From assembly GCA_041946735.1 (NCBI GenBank), contig JBHGAY010000004.1:96001-160000 (forward strand): 64,000 nucleotides of DNA, written 5' to 3'. Below are positions 37,002-46,042 of the stretch, piece after piece (within the stretch, counting starts at the first letter, position 1; each line of letters starts with the position of its first letter). The notes beneath the pieces are model-generated. The model searched no databases, was not told the DNA's origin, and saw only the letters and a program-made list of their open reading frames with translations. A program made the translations under genes and the position numbers. The DNA is from Candidatus Eiseniibacteriota bacterium (GTDB lineage: Bacteria > Eisenbacteria > RBG-16-71-46 > CAIMUX01 > VGJL01).

Positions 37002-38996
37002 ATGACGGTCCCGCGAAAAGGTCTGCTCGCCGCCTACCTGGCGCTGGCCGCCCCGCTGGCGGCCGGCGTCTTTCTGGGGCGGGGAGGCGCCGGCGGCGCG
37101 GAGGGAGCCGGTTGGTCGTGGGGCTTCGATCACCTCGGGAGGGTGGGCCTCGCGTGGCCGGTCCTGCTCGGCGCGCTCGCGGTCGCTGCGCTCTTCGAGC
37201 CGGTGCAGCGGCGGACGGCGGAAGCGTTCGAGCTGGCGGGGGACGAGATGGAGCGGCGGCCGCTCAGCGTCCCGCTCCTGCTCGCGCTCTTCGCCCTGGC
37301 AGCTTTCGCCGCCTTTCCGATCGCGACGCGCATCTACGGCGACAGCCGCTACATCCTCGACGACTATGCGCCTGGGAACCTCGCGGTGCACGCGCGCCGG
37401 ATGCTCGGGCTCGGGCTCCAGGCGCGCGGCGCGCCTTCCTTCGTCCTGCACGAGATGCTCGCCCGCATCGCGGGCCTTGGCATCGAGCGCGCGTATCAGC
37501 TCGTCTCGGTCGCCTGCGGCGCGGTCTTCGTCCTCGCGCACGCCCGGCTGGCCGCCATGCTGCCGAAGACGGCGCGTTGGGCGCGCATCGCGATCCTCGC
37601 GATCGGGCTGACGGACGGCGCAAACCAGCTCTTCTTCGGGCACGTCGAGAACTACACGGTCCCGCGGCTCTTCGCCTGCCTCTTCCTGATCGGCGTCGTG
37701 CGGTCGCTCGTCGATCGCGCGCACGCTCCCCGCCGCGGCTGGACAATCCTGTGGCTCGCGCTCGCGATCTTCTTCCACACGCAGCAAGCGGTGCTTCTGC
37801 CCGTCGCGCTCCTCTGGCTCGCGCCCGACCTGCGGCCGGCGGGCGGATCGGCGGGCGGATCGGCGAGCGAACCGGCGCGGGCCCGCCGCCGTCTCGCCGC
37901 CGGGATCGTGATCGCTCTGCCGCTCGCCGCCGCCGTCGCCTACGCCGCGGCCGGCTCGTTCTGCTACGACTACATCTATTCGGGAGGACGTCCCCATCCG
38001 CGGCAGATCTTCCTGCCGATCTCGACCGCCTGCGTCTCGCCGGAGCAACCGTGGCTGCGCTACACGCTCTTCTCCGGGGCCCACGTGGCCGACTTCCTCG
38101 GCTCGCTCTGGTCGATCAACTCTCCGGCGATCCTGCTGGTCGTGGCCGTGCTGCTTCCGCTCGCGTTGCGCGAGCGGGACGACCGGCCGTGGGTGATGCT
38201 GCCCGCGATCGTCGCGGCCGCGCTCCACGACTTCCTGCTGAACAGCGCGATCGGCTATCCGTTCGACTGGGACCTGATGTGCGTCCTCTCGCCGCCACTG
38301 CTCTACACGGCGGTGCTGCTGCTCGCTCTGCACGGCGCGGCGCCCGGCGCGCGACGCATGGGTGCGCCACTGCTCGTCCTCGGGCTCGCGACCGTGACCC
38401 TCTTCGCCGTGAATGCGAGCCGCGAGCGGGTGCACCGGCGGGTCGAGGACATGGGGGTCTGGCTTCACCGGACGTACTACGGAGGCAGCCACTATCGTCT
38501 CTCCTCGAACCTGAGCACGATCGCCGATCGGGCGCGGCAAGCCGAGGAGCGAGCGCGCGTGCTGCGGCGTCTCCAGCCGCACGCCTATCGGGAGGATCGC
38601 GAGGTGGCCTTCCTCTGGGAGCGCCTCGCGGAGATGCGGATCTCGCTCGGGGACCCCGAGGGGGCGCTGGCGGCGTACCGTGCCGCGTTCGGGACGCAGC
38701 CGTCCGTCTGGGGACGGGAAAAGCCGCTCGGCTATCTCGAGATGCAGATCGGCGACGCGGCGCGCGGCATCTCGCTGATGCGGGACTATCTTGCGCACGC
38801 GCCGGAGGACGGCGAAGCCTGGCTGTTCCTCGGCGACGCCTACTCCTATGAGGGGGACGCGCCGGCGGCGCGCGCGGCCTGGGAACGGTTCCTCGCCCTC
38901 GACCCGCAGGCGCCCGAGGCGCCGCGGGTGCGAGAGGGGCTGCGCGCGCCGTCGCCGAGCGTCACGCCGAATCGAACCCCGTTGCCGGCCCCCTAG
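37002..38996 (+). CDS. Polytopic membrane protein (GT-C-like) with C-terminal TPR repeats
   Basis: About 12 TM segments, YGD, LFFGHVENY, DWDL motifs; TPR-like tail (ALAAYRAA, AWLFLGDAY...ARAAWERFLALDP). Confidence 0.65.
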   Translation: MTVPRKGLLAAYLALAAPLAAGVFLGRGGAGGAEGAGWSWGFDHLGRVGLAWPVLLGALAVAALFEPVQRRTAEAFELAGDEMERRPLSVPLLLALFALAAFAAFPIATRIYGDSRYILDDYAPGNLAVHARRMLGLGLQARGAPSFVLHEMLARIAGLGIERAYQLVSVACGAVFVLAHARLAAMLPKTARWARIAILAIGLTDGANQLFFGHVENYTVPRLFACLFLIGVVRSLVDRAHAPRRGWTILWLALAIFFHTQQAVLLPVALLWLAPDLRPAGGSAGGSASEPARARRRLAAGIVIALPLAAAVAYAAAGSFCYDYIYSGGRPHPRQIFLPISTACVSPEQPWLRYTLFSGAHVADFLGSLWSINSPAILLVVAVLLPLALRERDDRPWVMLPAIVAAALHDFLLNSAIGYPFDWDLMCVLSPPLLYTAVLLLALHGAAPGARRMGAPLLVLGLATVTLFAVNASRERVHRRVEDMGVWLHRTYYGGSHYRLSSNLSTIADRARQAEERARVLRRLQPHAYREDREVAFLWERLAEMRISLGDPEGALAAYRAAFGTQPSVWGREKPLGYLEMQIGDAARGISLMRDYLAHAPEDGEAWLFLGDAYSYEGDAPAARAAWERFLALDPQAPEAPRVREGLRAPSPSVTPNRTPLPAP

Positions 38997-39090
38997 CTGC
39001 TAGGTGCTCGTTGCTGGCTGCTAGCTGCTAGCTACAGGCTGCTGGTAGCCAGCTGCTGGCTGCTAGTGGCTAGCTGCCGGATGCTAGTTG
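38993..39090. repeat. 14-copy degenerate heptamer tandem array (consensus CTAGCTG)
   Basis: ctagctg ctaggtg ctcgttg ctggctg ctagctg ctagcta caggctg ctggtag ccagctg ctggctg ctagtgg ctagctg ccggatg ctagttg. Confidence 0.9.
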
Positions 39091-40418
39091 TCCCTCGCCC
39101 CTTGATCGATCCAGTCCGAGACGACCAAGCGCTTCGTGTCGTCGAAGCAGTTCGACGAGCAGCCTTGCGGCATCCGGTCTCCGAACGGAGGGGTCGGGCT
39201 CAGTTTCTGCACGATGATGCTGCCCGATCCGTCGCGAGGCGTCACGACGGGACCGTGGACGCTATCGCCCCGGAGCAGCTCCGCCGCCGTGTCGAGGTAG
39301 AGGTTGTTCGTCCCGCCGTGGCAGGAAAGGCAGCCCGCCGTCGGCGAGGCGAACAGCGGACGCACGTCCTGCACGTAGGAGACGAGGCGCGGCGCGACGG
39401 AGAAGGAGACCTCGTTGCTGACCGACTCGCCGCTATGCACGTGCACCGCTCCGTCGACCGCGCCTTCCGGAACGAGAACCAGGATCTCCGACTCGCTCCA
39501 CCCCAGGACCTGGGCGGGACGCGGGCCGGAGGCGCCCGTGAACGTCACCTCGGAGCCTTCCGCGAATTCGCCGAAACCGCTGCCGGCGATTCGCACCGTA
39601 TCGGCGACGACGGTGCGCGAAGGCCGCAGCCGGTCGATCCGGATCTCGAGCGGCGGCGGCCCGGTCACGACGCGGAACGTCGCGCCGTTGCTCTCCTGGC
39701 CGCCGGCAACGACCGTGACGGCGACTTCGCCTTCCGTCGCTCCTTCCGGGACGCTCGCTTCGATTCGCGTGTCGGTCCAGAGGCTGGGCGCCGCCTCGAT
39801 CACCCCGAACCGGACGATGCTGGTTCCCTGCGTGGCGCCGAATCGGACGCCATCGATACGGATCGTCTCACCGACCTGCCCGCTGTCGGGTGTGAGCGAG
39901 ACGATCTGCGGCGGGAGAGGAGGAGGCGGCGGCGCGACGAGTCGAAACGCGACGCCGTTGCTCGTCAGCCCGTCGACGAGGACGGTCACCTCGCTGTCGT
40001 TCACCCCGTCGGGGACGACCGCATCGATCCGCGTGTCGGACCAGCTGCTGGTCGCGGCCCCCAGAGACCCGAAGCGCACGGCGCTCTGCCCCTTCGTCGC
40101 GCCGAAGCGAAGCCCCTCGATCCGGATCGTCTCGCCCGCTCTTCCGCTGTCCGGCTGGATCGACGCGATCACGGGAGGCTGTGGCGCCGGCTCGAACGGC
40201 TCCTCCTTCTTCCCGCCGTCGCTGCACGAGAGCGACAGGAGAGCCGCCAGGAGCGGAAGCAGGAACAGGAGCAGCGGCAGGGGCAGGGGCAGGGGCAGGG
40301 GCAGGGGCTGCGGCGGGACCAGCCGGCGCGCGGGCCGGGGCAAGGGCGGACGCGAGGGCTGACGCCAGGACCGGGGCACGAGCCGGTGCAGGATTGCGAG
40401 GGTCGGCAGGGACTTCAT
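39084..40418 (-). CDS. Lipoprotein with three IPT/TIG domains and C-terminal monoheme cytochrome c (planctomycete cytochrome c-like)
   Basis: GGAGGT RBS; lipobox LSLS-C; three P.I.S..PDSG..GETIRI.G.RFG...WSDT.I...VP.G repeats; VSY.QDV.P.F...CLSCHG...RMP...WI.QGA. Confidence 0.82.
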   Translation of the reverse strand: MKSLPTLAILHRLVPRSWRQPSRPPLPRPARRLVPPQPLPLPLPLPLPLLLFLLPLLAALLSLSCSDGGKKEEPFEPAPQPPVIASIQPDSGRAGETIRIEGLRFGATKGQSAVRFGSLGAATSSWSDTRIDAVVPDGVNDSEVTVLVDGLTSNGVAFRLVAPPPPPLPPQIVSLTPDSGQVGETIRIDGVRFGATQGTSIVRFGVIEAAPSLWTDTRIEASVPEGATEGEVAVTVVAGGQESNGATFRVVTGPPPLEIRIDRLRPSRTVVADTVRIAGSGFGEFAEGSEVTFTGASGPRPAQVLGWSESEILVLVPEGAVDGAVHVHSGESVSNEVSFSVAPRLVSYVQDVRPLFASPTAGCLSCHGGTNNLYLDTAAELLRGDSVHGPVVTPRDGSGSIIVQKLSPTPPFGDRMPQGCSSNCFDDTKRLVVSDWIDQGARDN

Positions 40419-40663
40419 ACGGCAAACCTCCGAGGGGAGCCGGCTGCGCACGCGCACGGCTCGCGGCCGTTCGACCCAAACGGGACCGGCCGGATCGATC
40501 GTCCGGCCGGCCTCTCCTCCAACCTCGGTATGTCGGGCATTCGCGCCGCCTGATACCAGACGCCCCGAGGCGCGCTCTGCCTCACGCTCTGCCGGGCGGC
40601 CAGCGGCGCGTCGCTCGGCGGTGCCGCTGTCCCGGCCCGCGGCGATCCTGACCCTCCCTGCCG

Positions 40664-43300
40664 TCAGCGCAGGACGACCGCCGCCCGCGCCTCCGATCGG
40701 CCTCCCGCGTGCACGCGAAGCCAGTAGATGCCGGCCGGGACGTTGCGGCCCTCGTCGTCGTCCGCCTGCCAGGTGAGCCATTGCGCCCCCGCCGGGAGGG
40801 GGCCGGCGGATTCGATCCGGCGGATCCGGCGGCCGGCCGCGTCGAACACCTCAAGAGCGGCGGGTCCGGCCGCGGCCGTCCGGAACAGCACGCGCGCGGA
40901 CTGTCCCAGCGGATTCGGGGAAACCCGGAGATCGGTCAGGCCGCGAGGCGCCGCGCCTGGCAGAGACCCGTCGGCGACGTCCGCCGGTCGCAATGTCCCC
41001 TCGAACGAGAGGTCGTCGATGTACCAGCCGCGATCGCGAGTCCCCTCGTCCGATCCGAACCAGAAGCGCACCCGGATCGGCTGGCCGGCCCAGGCGCTGA
41101 GATCGACGATCGCCTCGGTCCAGGACGTCCGCGTGCCGCTGTAGCCGGGCTGGCCCGCAAGTGGGTTGCAGCTTCCGCTCAGCGAGCTGGGATAGCCCCC
41201 GACGGGAGAGAGGACGGCCCAGGAAGCGCCGTCATCGGTCGACACCTGCACGTTTCCGCCGTCGTAGGCCGCCTCGGTCTTGTACCAGTGCCAGAAGTGC
41301 AGTCGGGCGGTCTGGTACTCGCGCAGGTCGAGCGGCGGGAGGTCCAGACGGTAGTCGGCGCAGTTGCCGTAGTTCGTTGAGAGCTTCGTTCCCCAGACTT
41401 TGGTGCCCGAATGAGCGCCGGTGACGCCGTCGGTCCCCCATTCCCACCCGCTGTTGGCCGTCAGGCCGTCGTCGTTCTCCTCGAACGTCCAGATCGTCTC
41501 GAGGTCGAAGTCGATGTCGAACAGGTCCTGGCCGTTCGGCATGTCGAGCACGCGGACCCCCGGCATGCGGCCGTCGTAGTTGGCGTTCACGACGACCCTG
41601 CCCGGATAGACCGGCGAGAGATCGTAGTCCCCCGCCGCCCCGGCGAACGTCTCGGCGCTGCCATCGGTCACGAAGACCCGCGCCCCCGCCGCCGCTCCTC
41701 CGCCCGCGAGCATCACCGTCCCGTGGACGGCAGCGGCGACGAGCGGCTCGAGCGGCAGGTGAACGACGACGGCCTGCCCCTCGACCACCGTGACCGGCGC
41801 CTCGGCCGGTTCGTATCCTTCCGCGCTCGCGCGGATCGTGTATTCGCCCGGAAGCAGGTCGGCCAGGGAGAACGATCCGTCGGAGGCGGTCGCCACCGGC
41901 GAGTACCCGGTCCCCGCCACCTCGATCTCGATTCCTCCGTCGTCGGGATCGTCGACACGGTCGGCCGTCCCTTCGACCGACCCAAAGCCGCTCGTCGCAT
42001 TGGCGAGCTGCGCGGCCGCGACGACGTTGGTCACGACCATGCTTCGAAACTGCTCGGGGCCGATGTTCGCGATCACATCGCACGTCTGGTGGTAGCAGGG
42101 ATAGTTGTCCCAGTCGTAGTCGATCGCGAGGACCGCCGGAAAGCCGTGCGCGTTGAACGGCTCGTGATCGCTTCCCCATCCGTCGTAGGGATAGCGGTAG
42201 ACGACGAGATCCGTGTAGGTCTCGGCGACCGATTCGAGCAGATTCATCAGCGAGACCGATCCTGGATTGGCCGGGAATCCCTCGATCCAGAGCGAGGAGC
42301 CGCCGGGGATGTCGTAGCCCACCATGTCCATGTCGAGGACTCCGCGCAGATCCCAGTTCTCCTGGTCCGCGATCGAGGAGAGGTGCTCGCTCCCGATCAA
42401 TCCTTGCTCCTCAGCGGTGAAGCAGACGAAGTAGATCGTCGCGTCGGTCTGGAGCGGGGCGAGCAGCCGGGCCGCCTCGAGGACGCCGATCGATCCGCTG
42501 CCGTTGTCTTCGGCTCCCGGGGCCTGCGTCTGGGGCTGGGGCGAGGTCGAGTCGAGATGTCCGCAGACCATGTAGATCCGGTTCGGATAGAGCGAGCCGC
42601 GCTTCACGCCGATCACGTTGCGGATCGACGCTCCGTTGTAGGTGAAGTCGTCGAAGCGGACCTCGTCGAGCCCCGAGGCGACGAACCGGTCGTATGCGTA
42701 CTGGCTCGCCGCCTGCATTCCGGCCGTGTTGTAGTAACGCGTCGGGATGTCGACCGAGATGGCGGCGAGGGCCGACATCATCTCGTCGATCGAGACCGCG
42801 GCGGACAGGCTCTCGTAGAAGGTGAGGGAGCGCTCCGAGAACGGGGGAAGGATCGGACCGGCGCGAGGAGCGACCGGTTCTCCGGCGATTCGCTCGGGCC
42901 GGAGCCGCACGCCTTGGCCGGCGAGTCGTTCCGCCGTGGCTGGATCGAGCGAGACGAGGATGCGGTCCCGCTCGGCCCGTAGCACTTCCGCGGCGGCGGG
43001 AAGTCCCAGGACAGAGAGCCGCGGATCGTCCCACCGGCCGGCTCGAGCCGCATCCCACGCCTCGGTCAGGGCGGGGTGCGAGCGGCGGTCCAGTTCGTAG
43101 GCGCGCGGCGCATCGGAAGATAGGGCAGTGCCGTCGGCCAGGCCGATCGCCGGGGTCACGAGCGGCAGGGCGAGCAGGAGCAGGAGCAAGGGCAAGAGGG
43201 GGGGGAGGAGCGTTTGGGCCGGTGACTGGACGTGAGCTTGGCAGGCGCGTTGGCGGAGCGACGGGGATGGCCGCAGAAGCGCGAGGTGCCGAGAAGACAT
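40664..43300 (-). CDS. Secreted M28 family metallopeptidase with carboxypeptidase-regulatory-like, jelly-roll and FlgD/T9SS-type domains
   Basis: GHLDS, PGAEDNGSG, AEEQGLIGS, DMVGY, SDHEPF, YH..CD; YDGGNVQVSTD.G.SW...GWYIDD; VSPNP...FDAAGRRIR...PAGIYW tail. Confidence 0.88.
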   Translation of the reverse strand: MSSRHLALLRPSPSLRQRACQAHVQSPAQTLLPPLLPLLLLLLALPLVTPAIGLADGTALSSDAPRAYELDRRSHPALTEAWDAARAGRWDDPRLSVLGLPAAAEVLRAERDRILVSLDPATAERLAGQGVRLRPERIAGEPVAPRAGPILPPFSERSLTFYESLSAAVSIDEMMSALAAISVDIPTRYYNTAGMQAASQYAYDRFVASGLDEVRFDDFTYNGASIRNVIGVKRGSLYPNRIYMVCGHLDSTSPQPQTQAPGAEDNGSGSIGVLEAARLLAPLQTDATIYFVCFTAEEQGLIGSEHLSSIADQENWDLRGVLDMDMVGYDIPGGSSLWIEGFPANPGSVSLMNLLESVAETYTDLVVYRYPYDGWGSDHEPFNAHGFPAVLAIDYDWDNYPCYHQTCDVIANIGPEQFRSMVVTNVVAAAQLANATSGFGSVEGTADRVDDPDDGGIEIEVAGTGYSPVATASDGSFSLADLLPGEYTIRASAEGYEPAEAPVTVVEGQAVVVHLPLEPLVAAAVHGTVMLAGGGAAAGARVFVTDGSAETFAGAAGDYDLSPVYPGRVVVNANYDGRMPGVRVLDMPNGQDLFDIDFDLETIWTFEENDDGLTANSGWEWGTDGVTGAHSGTKVWGTKLSTNYGNCADYRLDLPPLDLREYQTARLHFWHWYKTEAAYDGGNVQVSTDDGASWAVLSPVGGYPSSLSGSCNPLAGQPGYSGTRTSWTEAIVDLSAWAGQPIRVRFWFGSDEGTRDRGWYIDDLSFEGTLRPADVADGSLPGAAPRGLTDLRVSPNPLGQSARVLFRTAAAGPAALEVFDAAGRRIRRIESAGPLPAGAQWLTWQADDDEGRNVPAGIYWLRVHAGGRSEARAAVVLR

Positions 43301-43355
43301 CAGGCCTCCGTGGGGGACGTGCGATCGTGAACCAGGGGCGAACGGTTTCGAATAC

Positions 43356-43361
43356 ATTATA
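43356..43361 (-). promoter_or_regulatory. Consensus -10 element upstream of the M28 gene
   Basis: TATAAT on the minus strand in a GC-rich context, 56 nt upstream of the ATG. Confidence 0.45.
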
Positions 43362-43489
43362 GCCCACTCCGAATCGGCTCGGCCGGCCATCCTGGCCAGG
43401 ACCGCCGAAGGAGTGACCGCGTCCCCGGCTGCCCGGCTGCTCGCAAGATGGGGTAGGCTGCCCGGGCAGCGGGAGGGAGGAGCCAGAGC

Positions 43490-44542
43490 GTGCCGATCGT
43501 CGACTTGCCGAGGGACCTGCAGGCGCGGACCGGCGCCACGGCTGCGATCGAGGTGCCCGGCGTGACGCCGCGCGAGGCGCTCGACGCTCTGGCTGGCCGG
43601 CATCCGCCGCTCGGCGAGCTGTGGGCCGCGGGGGGCGAGCGGGCGCGCCTGCGCCTCTTTCGCGAGGGCCGGCTGCTTCGCCGTCCGGAGGATCTCGACG
43701 CGCCCCTCGGTCCCGCCGAGCGGATCGTCCTCGTGACGGCCCCGCACTCGCTCGCCGGTCCCGCCTCGCCTCCCTTCTCCGATGACGAGCGGCAGCGGTA
43801 TGCCCGCCATCTGGCGCTGCCGGAGGTCGGCGAGGAAGGGCAGCGGCGCCTGCGCGACTCTTCCGTGCTGATCGTCGGCGCGGGCGGCCTCGGTTCTCCT
43901 CTCGCCCTCTACCTCGCCGGCGCCGGGATCGGCCGGATCGGGATCGCCGACTTCGACGTCGTCGATCTCTCGAACCTGCAGCGCCAGATCCTTCACGGCA
44001 CGGCGGATGTGGGACGAAGAAAGGTCGATTCCGCACGCGAGCGCATCGCCGGCCTGAACCCGCACGTCGATGTCGTCACCTACGCGGAGCCTCTCTCTCC
44101 GGAGAACGCGATCGAGATCATTCGGGAGCACGACATCGTCGCGGACGCGACGGACAACTATCCGGCCCGCTACCGGATCAACGACGCGTGCGTGTTGACC
44201 GGGAGGATGGACGTCTACGGCAGCGTCTTTCAGTTCGAGGGACAGGTGACCGTCTTCGGAGCCCCCGGCGGGCCGTGCTACCGGTGCCTGTTTCCCGAAC
44301 CGCCTCCGCCCGGGCTCCTGCTCACCAGCGCCGAAGGAGGGCTCCTGGGGATCGTCCCGGGAGTGATCGGCCTGCTTCAAGCGACCGAGGTGGTGAAGGC
44401 GCTTCTCGGTCTCCCGCACCTGCTCGCCGGACGGTTCGTTCTTTACGACGCAATGCGGATGCGCTTCGAGCACTTGCGCGTGCGTCCCGATCCGACCTGC
44501 CCCTGTTGCGGCGCCGAACCGGCCATCGATCGGGTCGGCTGA
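43490..44542 (+). CDS. moeB: MoaD/ThiS-like ubiquitin-fold domain fused to MoeB/ThiF adenylyltransferase
   Basis: N-terminal beta-grasp pattern (IEV.G.T..EAL..L...HP.L); RYARHL.LPEVG.EGQ.RL, VGAGGLG, DFD.VD.SNLQRQ, CYRC, CPCC; no rhodanese domain. Confidence 0.82.
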   Translation: MPIVDLPRDLQARTGATAAIEVPGVTPREALDALAGRHPPLGELWAAGGERARLRLFREGRLLRRPEDLDAPLGPAERIVLVTAPHSLAGPASPPFSDDERQRYARHLALPEVGEEGQRRLRDSSVLIVGAGGLGSPLALYLAGAGIGRIGIADFDVVDLSNLQRQILHGTADVGRRKVDSARERIAGLNPHVDVVTYAEPLSPENAIEIIREHDIVADATDNYPARYRINDACVLTGRMDVYGSVFQFEGQVTVFGAPGGPCYRCLFPEPPPPGLLLTSAEGGLLGIVPGVIGLLQATEVVKALLGLPHLLAGRFVLYDAMRMRFEHLRVRPDPTCPCCGAEPAIDRVG

Positions 44543-44682
44543 ACGGTCCCGCGAGTACGCCCGCGAGGCCGGAGCTGCCGATCGAAGGCGCGGCGGCCGA
44601 AGCTCCCGCCCCTGCCGCCACTCCTCCTCCCGCCGTCCGCTCTTCCTGCCGCCCGCGCACAGCCCGCTGGCCGGCCCGGTCC

Positions 44683-44724
44683 GCCCGGTCCGGTGCGCCC
44701 GGTCCGGTGCGCCCGGTCCGGTCC
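44683..44724. repeat. 3 x 14-bp tandem repeat between convergent genes
   Basis: GCCCGGTCCGGTGC x2 + GCCCGGTCCGGTCC. Confidence 0.75.
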
Positions 44725-44751
44725 GTCCTGGCGGCGGGACGCGGCGACTTC

Positions 44752-45870
44752 CTACTTCAGCCGGTCGGGGTTCAGTCCTTTCAGCTCCTTCGGCACGAAA
44801 AGCCCGTCCTTGCGCAGCAGCTTGCCGTCGAAATGGATCTCCCCGCCCCCCTTCTCCGGCCGCTGGATATGGACGAGGTCCCAATGGATCTGCGAACGGT
44901 TGCCGTTGAAGCAGTCGTCATAGGCGTTGCCGAGCGCCATGTGAAGGCTGCCGGCGATCTTCTCGTCGAACAGGGCGTCGAGCATCGCTTCGGTCACGTA
45001 GGGATTGAAGCCGAGGGAAAACTCGCCGACGTAGCGCGCTCCCCGATCGCGATCGAGGATCGCGTTCAGCCGCCCCGTGTTCGCTCCAGCGTCGGCCTCG
45101 ACAACCTTGCCGTTCTTGAAGCGGAGCTGGATCTCGTCGAAGACGACCCCTTCGAAGAGGGCCGGCGTGTTGAAGCAGATGGTCCCGTCGATCGAATCGC
45201 GGACGGGCGCAGTGTACAACTCCCCGTCCGGAATGTTCAACTTTCCGTCGCACTTGATGCTCGAGAGACCTCGGATCGAGAACTTCAGGTCGGTCTTCGG
45301 CCCCTTGATCTCCACCCGATCGGTCGCGTCCATCAGCGCCTTCAGCGGATCCATCGCCTTCGACATCTTCGCGTAGTCGAGCGTGCAGACGTCGAAATAG
45401 AAGTCCTCGAACACGTGGAGCGGCTTCTTGGCGTTCTGGGCCATGGCGTTGTTCGGATATCGCAAGACGACCCAGCGTGTCTTCGGCACCCGCGTCTTCA
45501 TGTGAACCGGCTGGACGTAATGCTTCGACCACAGGCCGTTCTTCTCGGACGGCACGTCGGACATCTCCATCGTGTTCGCGCTCGCGCGGATCCCGATGAA
45601 GCAGTCCATCTCCTTCATCCGGTGGAGATCGTACTTGGCCTGGGCGCGGATCTGCTCTTCGCCGGCGTCGTGGAGGAAGCGGCGCGTGAGCGTGTCGCTG
45701 CGGAAGTTCGTGTAGACATGGGCCCCCAGCCGCGTCGCCTCGCTCACGATCTCGTGAACGAGGTCGAGCGCGTCGAAGCCGACCGACTCGACGAGGAGCT
45801 TCTCCCCCTTCTGGACGCCGCACGAATACTGGACGAGGAGTTCCGCGAGCTTGCGATTCCGAGGATCCAT
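44752..45870 (-). CDS. Aminopeptidase, M29 (AmpS/AmpT) family
   Basis: MDPR..KLA.LLV.YS..VQKGEK, NIPDGE.YTAP, GARYVGEF..G.N, LFDEKIAGS.HMALG.AY, N.S.IHWD. Confidence 0.92.
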   Translation of the reverse strand: MDPRNRKLAELLVQYSCGVQKGEKLLVESVGFDALDLVHEIVSEATRLGAHVYTNFRSDTLTRRFLHDAGEEQIRAQAKYDLHRMKEMDCFIGIRASANTMEMSDVPSEKNGLWSKHYVQPVHMKTRVPKTRWVVLRYPNNAMAQNAKKPLHVFEDFYFDVCTLDYAKMSKAMDPLKALMDATDRVEIKGPKTDLKFSIRGLSSIKCDGKLNIPDGELYTAPVRDSIDGTICFNTPALFEGVVFDEIQLRFKNGKVVEADAGANTGRLNAILDRDRGARYVGEFSLGFNPYVTEAMLDALFDEKIAGSLHMALGNAYDDCFNGNRSQIHWDLVHIQRPEKGGGEIHFDGKLLRKDGLFVPKELKGLNPDRLK

Positions 45871-45992
45871 GACCGTCGCCTCCTTCCCGACCCCATGCCC
45901 ATCCCCCGGCGGACGCCGGAACATGCTCCATGGAAACCGCGGCGAATTGTGCTACCGCGCGAGGGGACCGGTCAATCGGAGGCTCGTCAATC

Positions 45993-46042
45993 GGACGCTC
46001 TAGGACGCTCTAGGGGGCTGTAGGGGGCTCTGGGAGGCTCTA
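45993..46042. repeat. 5 x 10-bp degenerate tandem repeat ending at the GT4 stop codon
   Basis: GGACGCTCTA GGACGCTCTA GGGGGCTGTA GGGGGCTCTG GGAGGCTCTA. Confidence 0.8.

Noticed and set aside
38993..39090. CRISPR array
   Set aside because: 7-bp tandem units with no spacers; no cas genes and no repeat-spacer structure anywhere in the window
31362..44542. RiPP cluster built from TldD/E and the ThiF-family enzyme
   Set aside because: The genes are more than 9 kb apart in separate units; no precursor peptide, YcaO or dedicated transporter was recognised
43301..44884. N-terminal extension of the 1406-aa ORF 40664-44884
   Set aside because: It overlaps the moeB fusion on the opposite strand; an RBS, -10 box and signal peptide support the start at 43300
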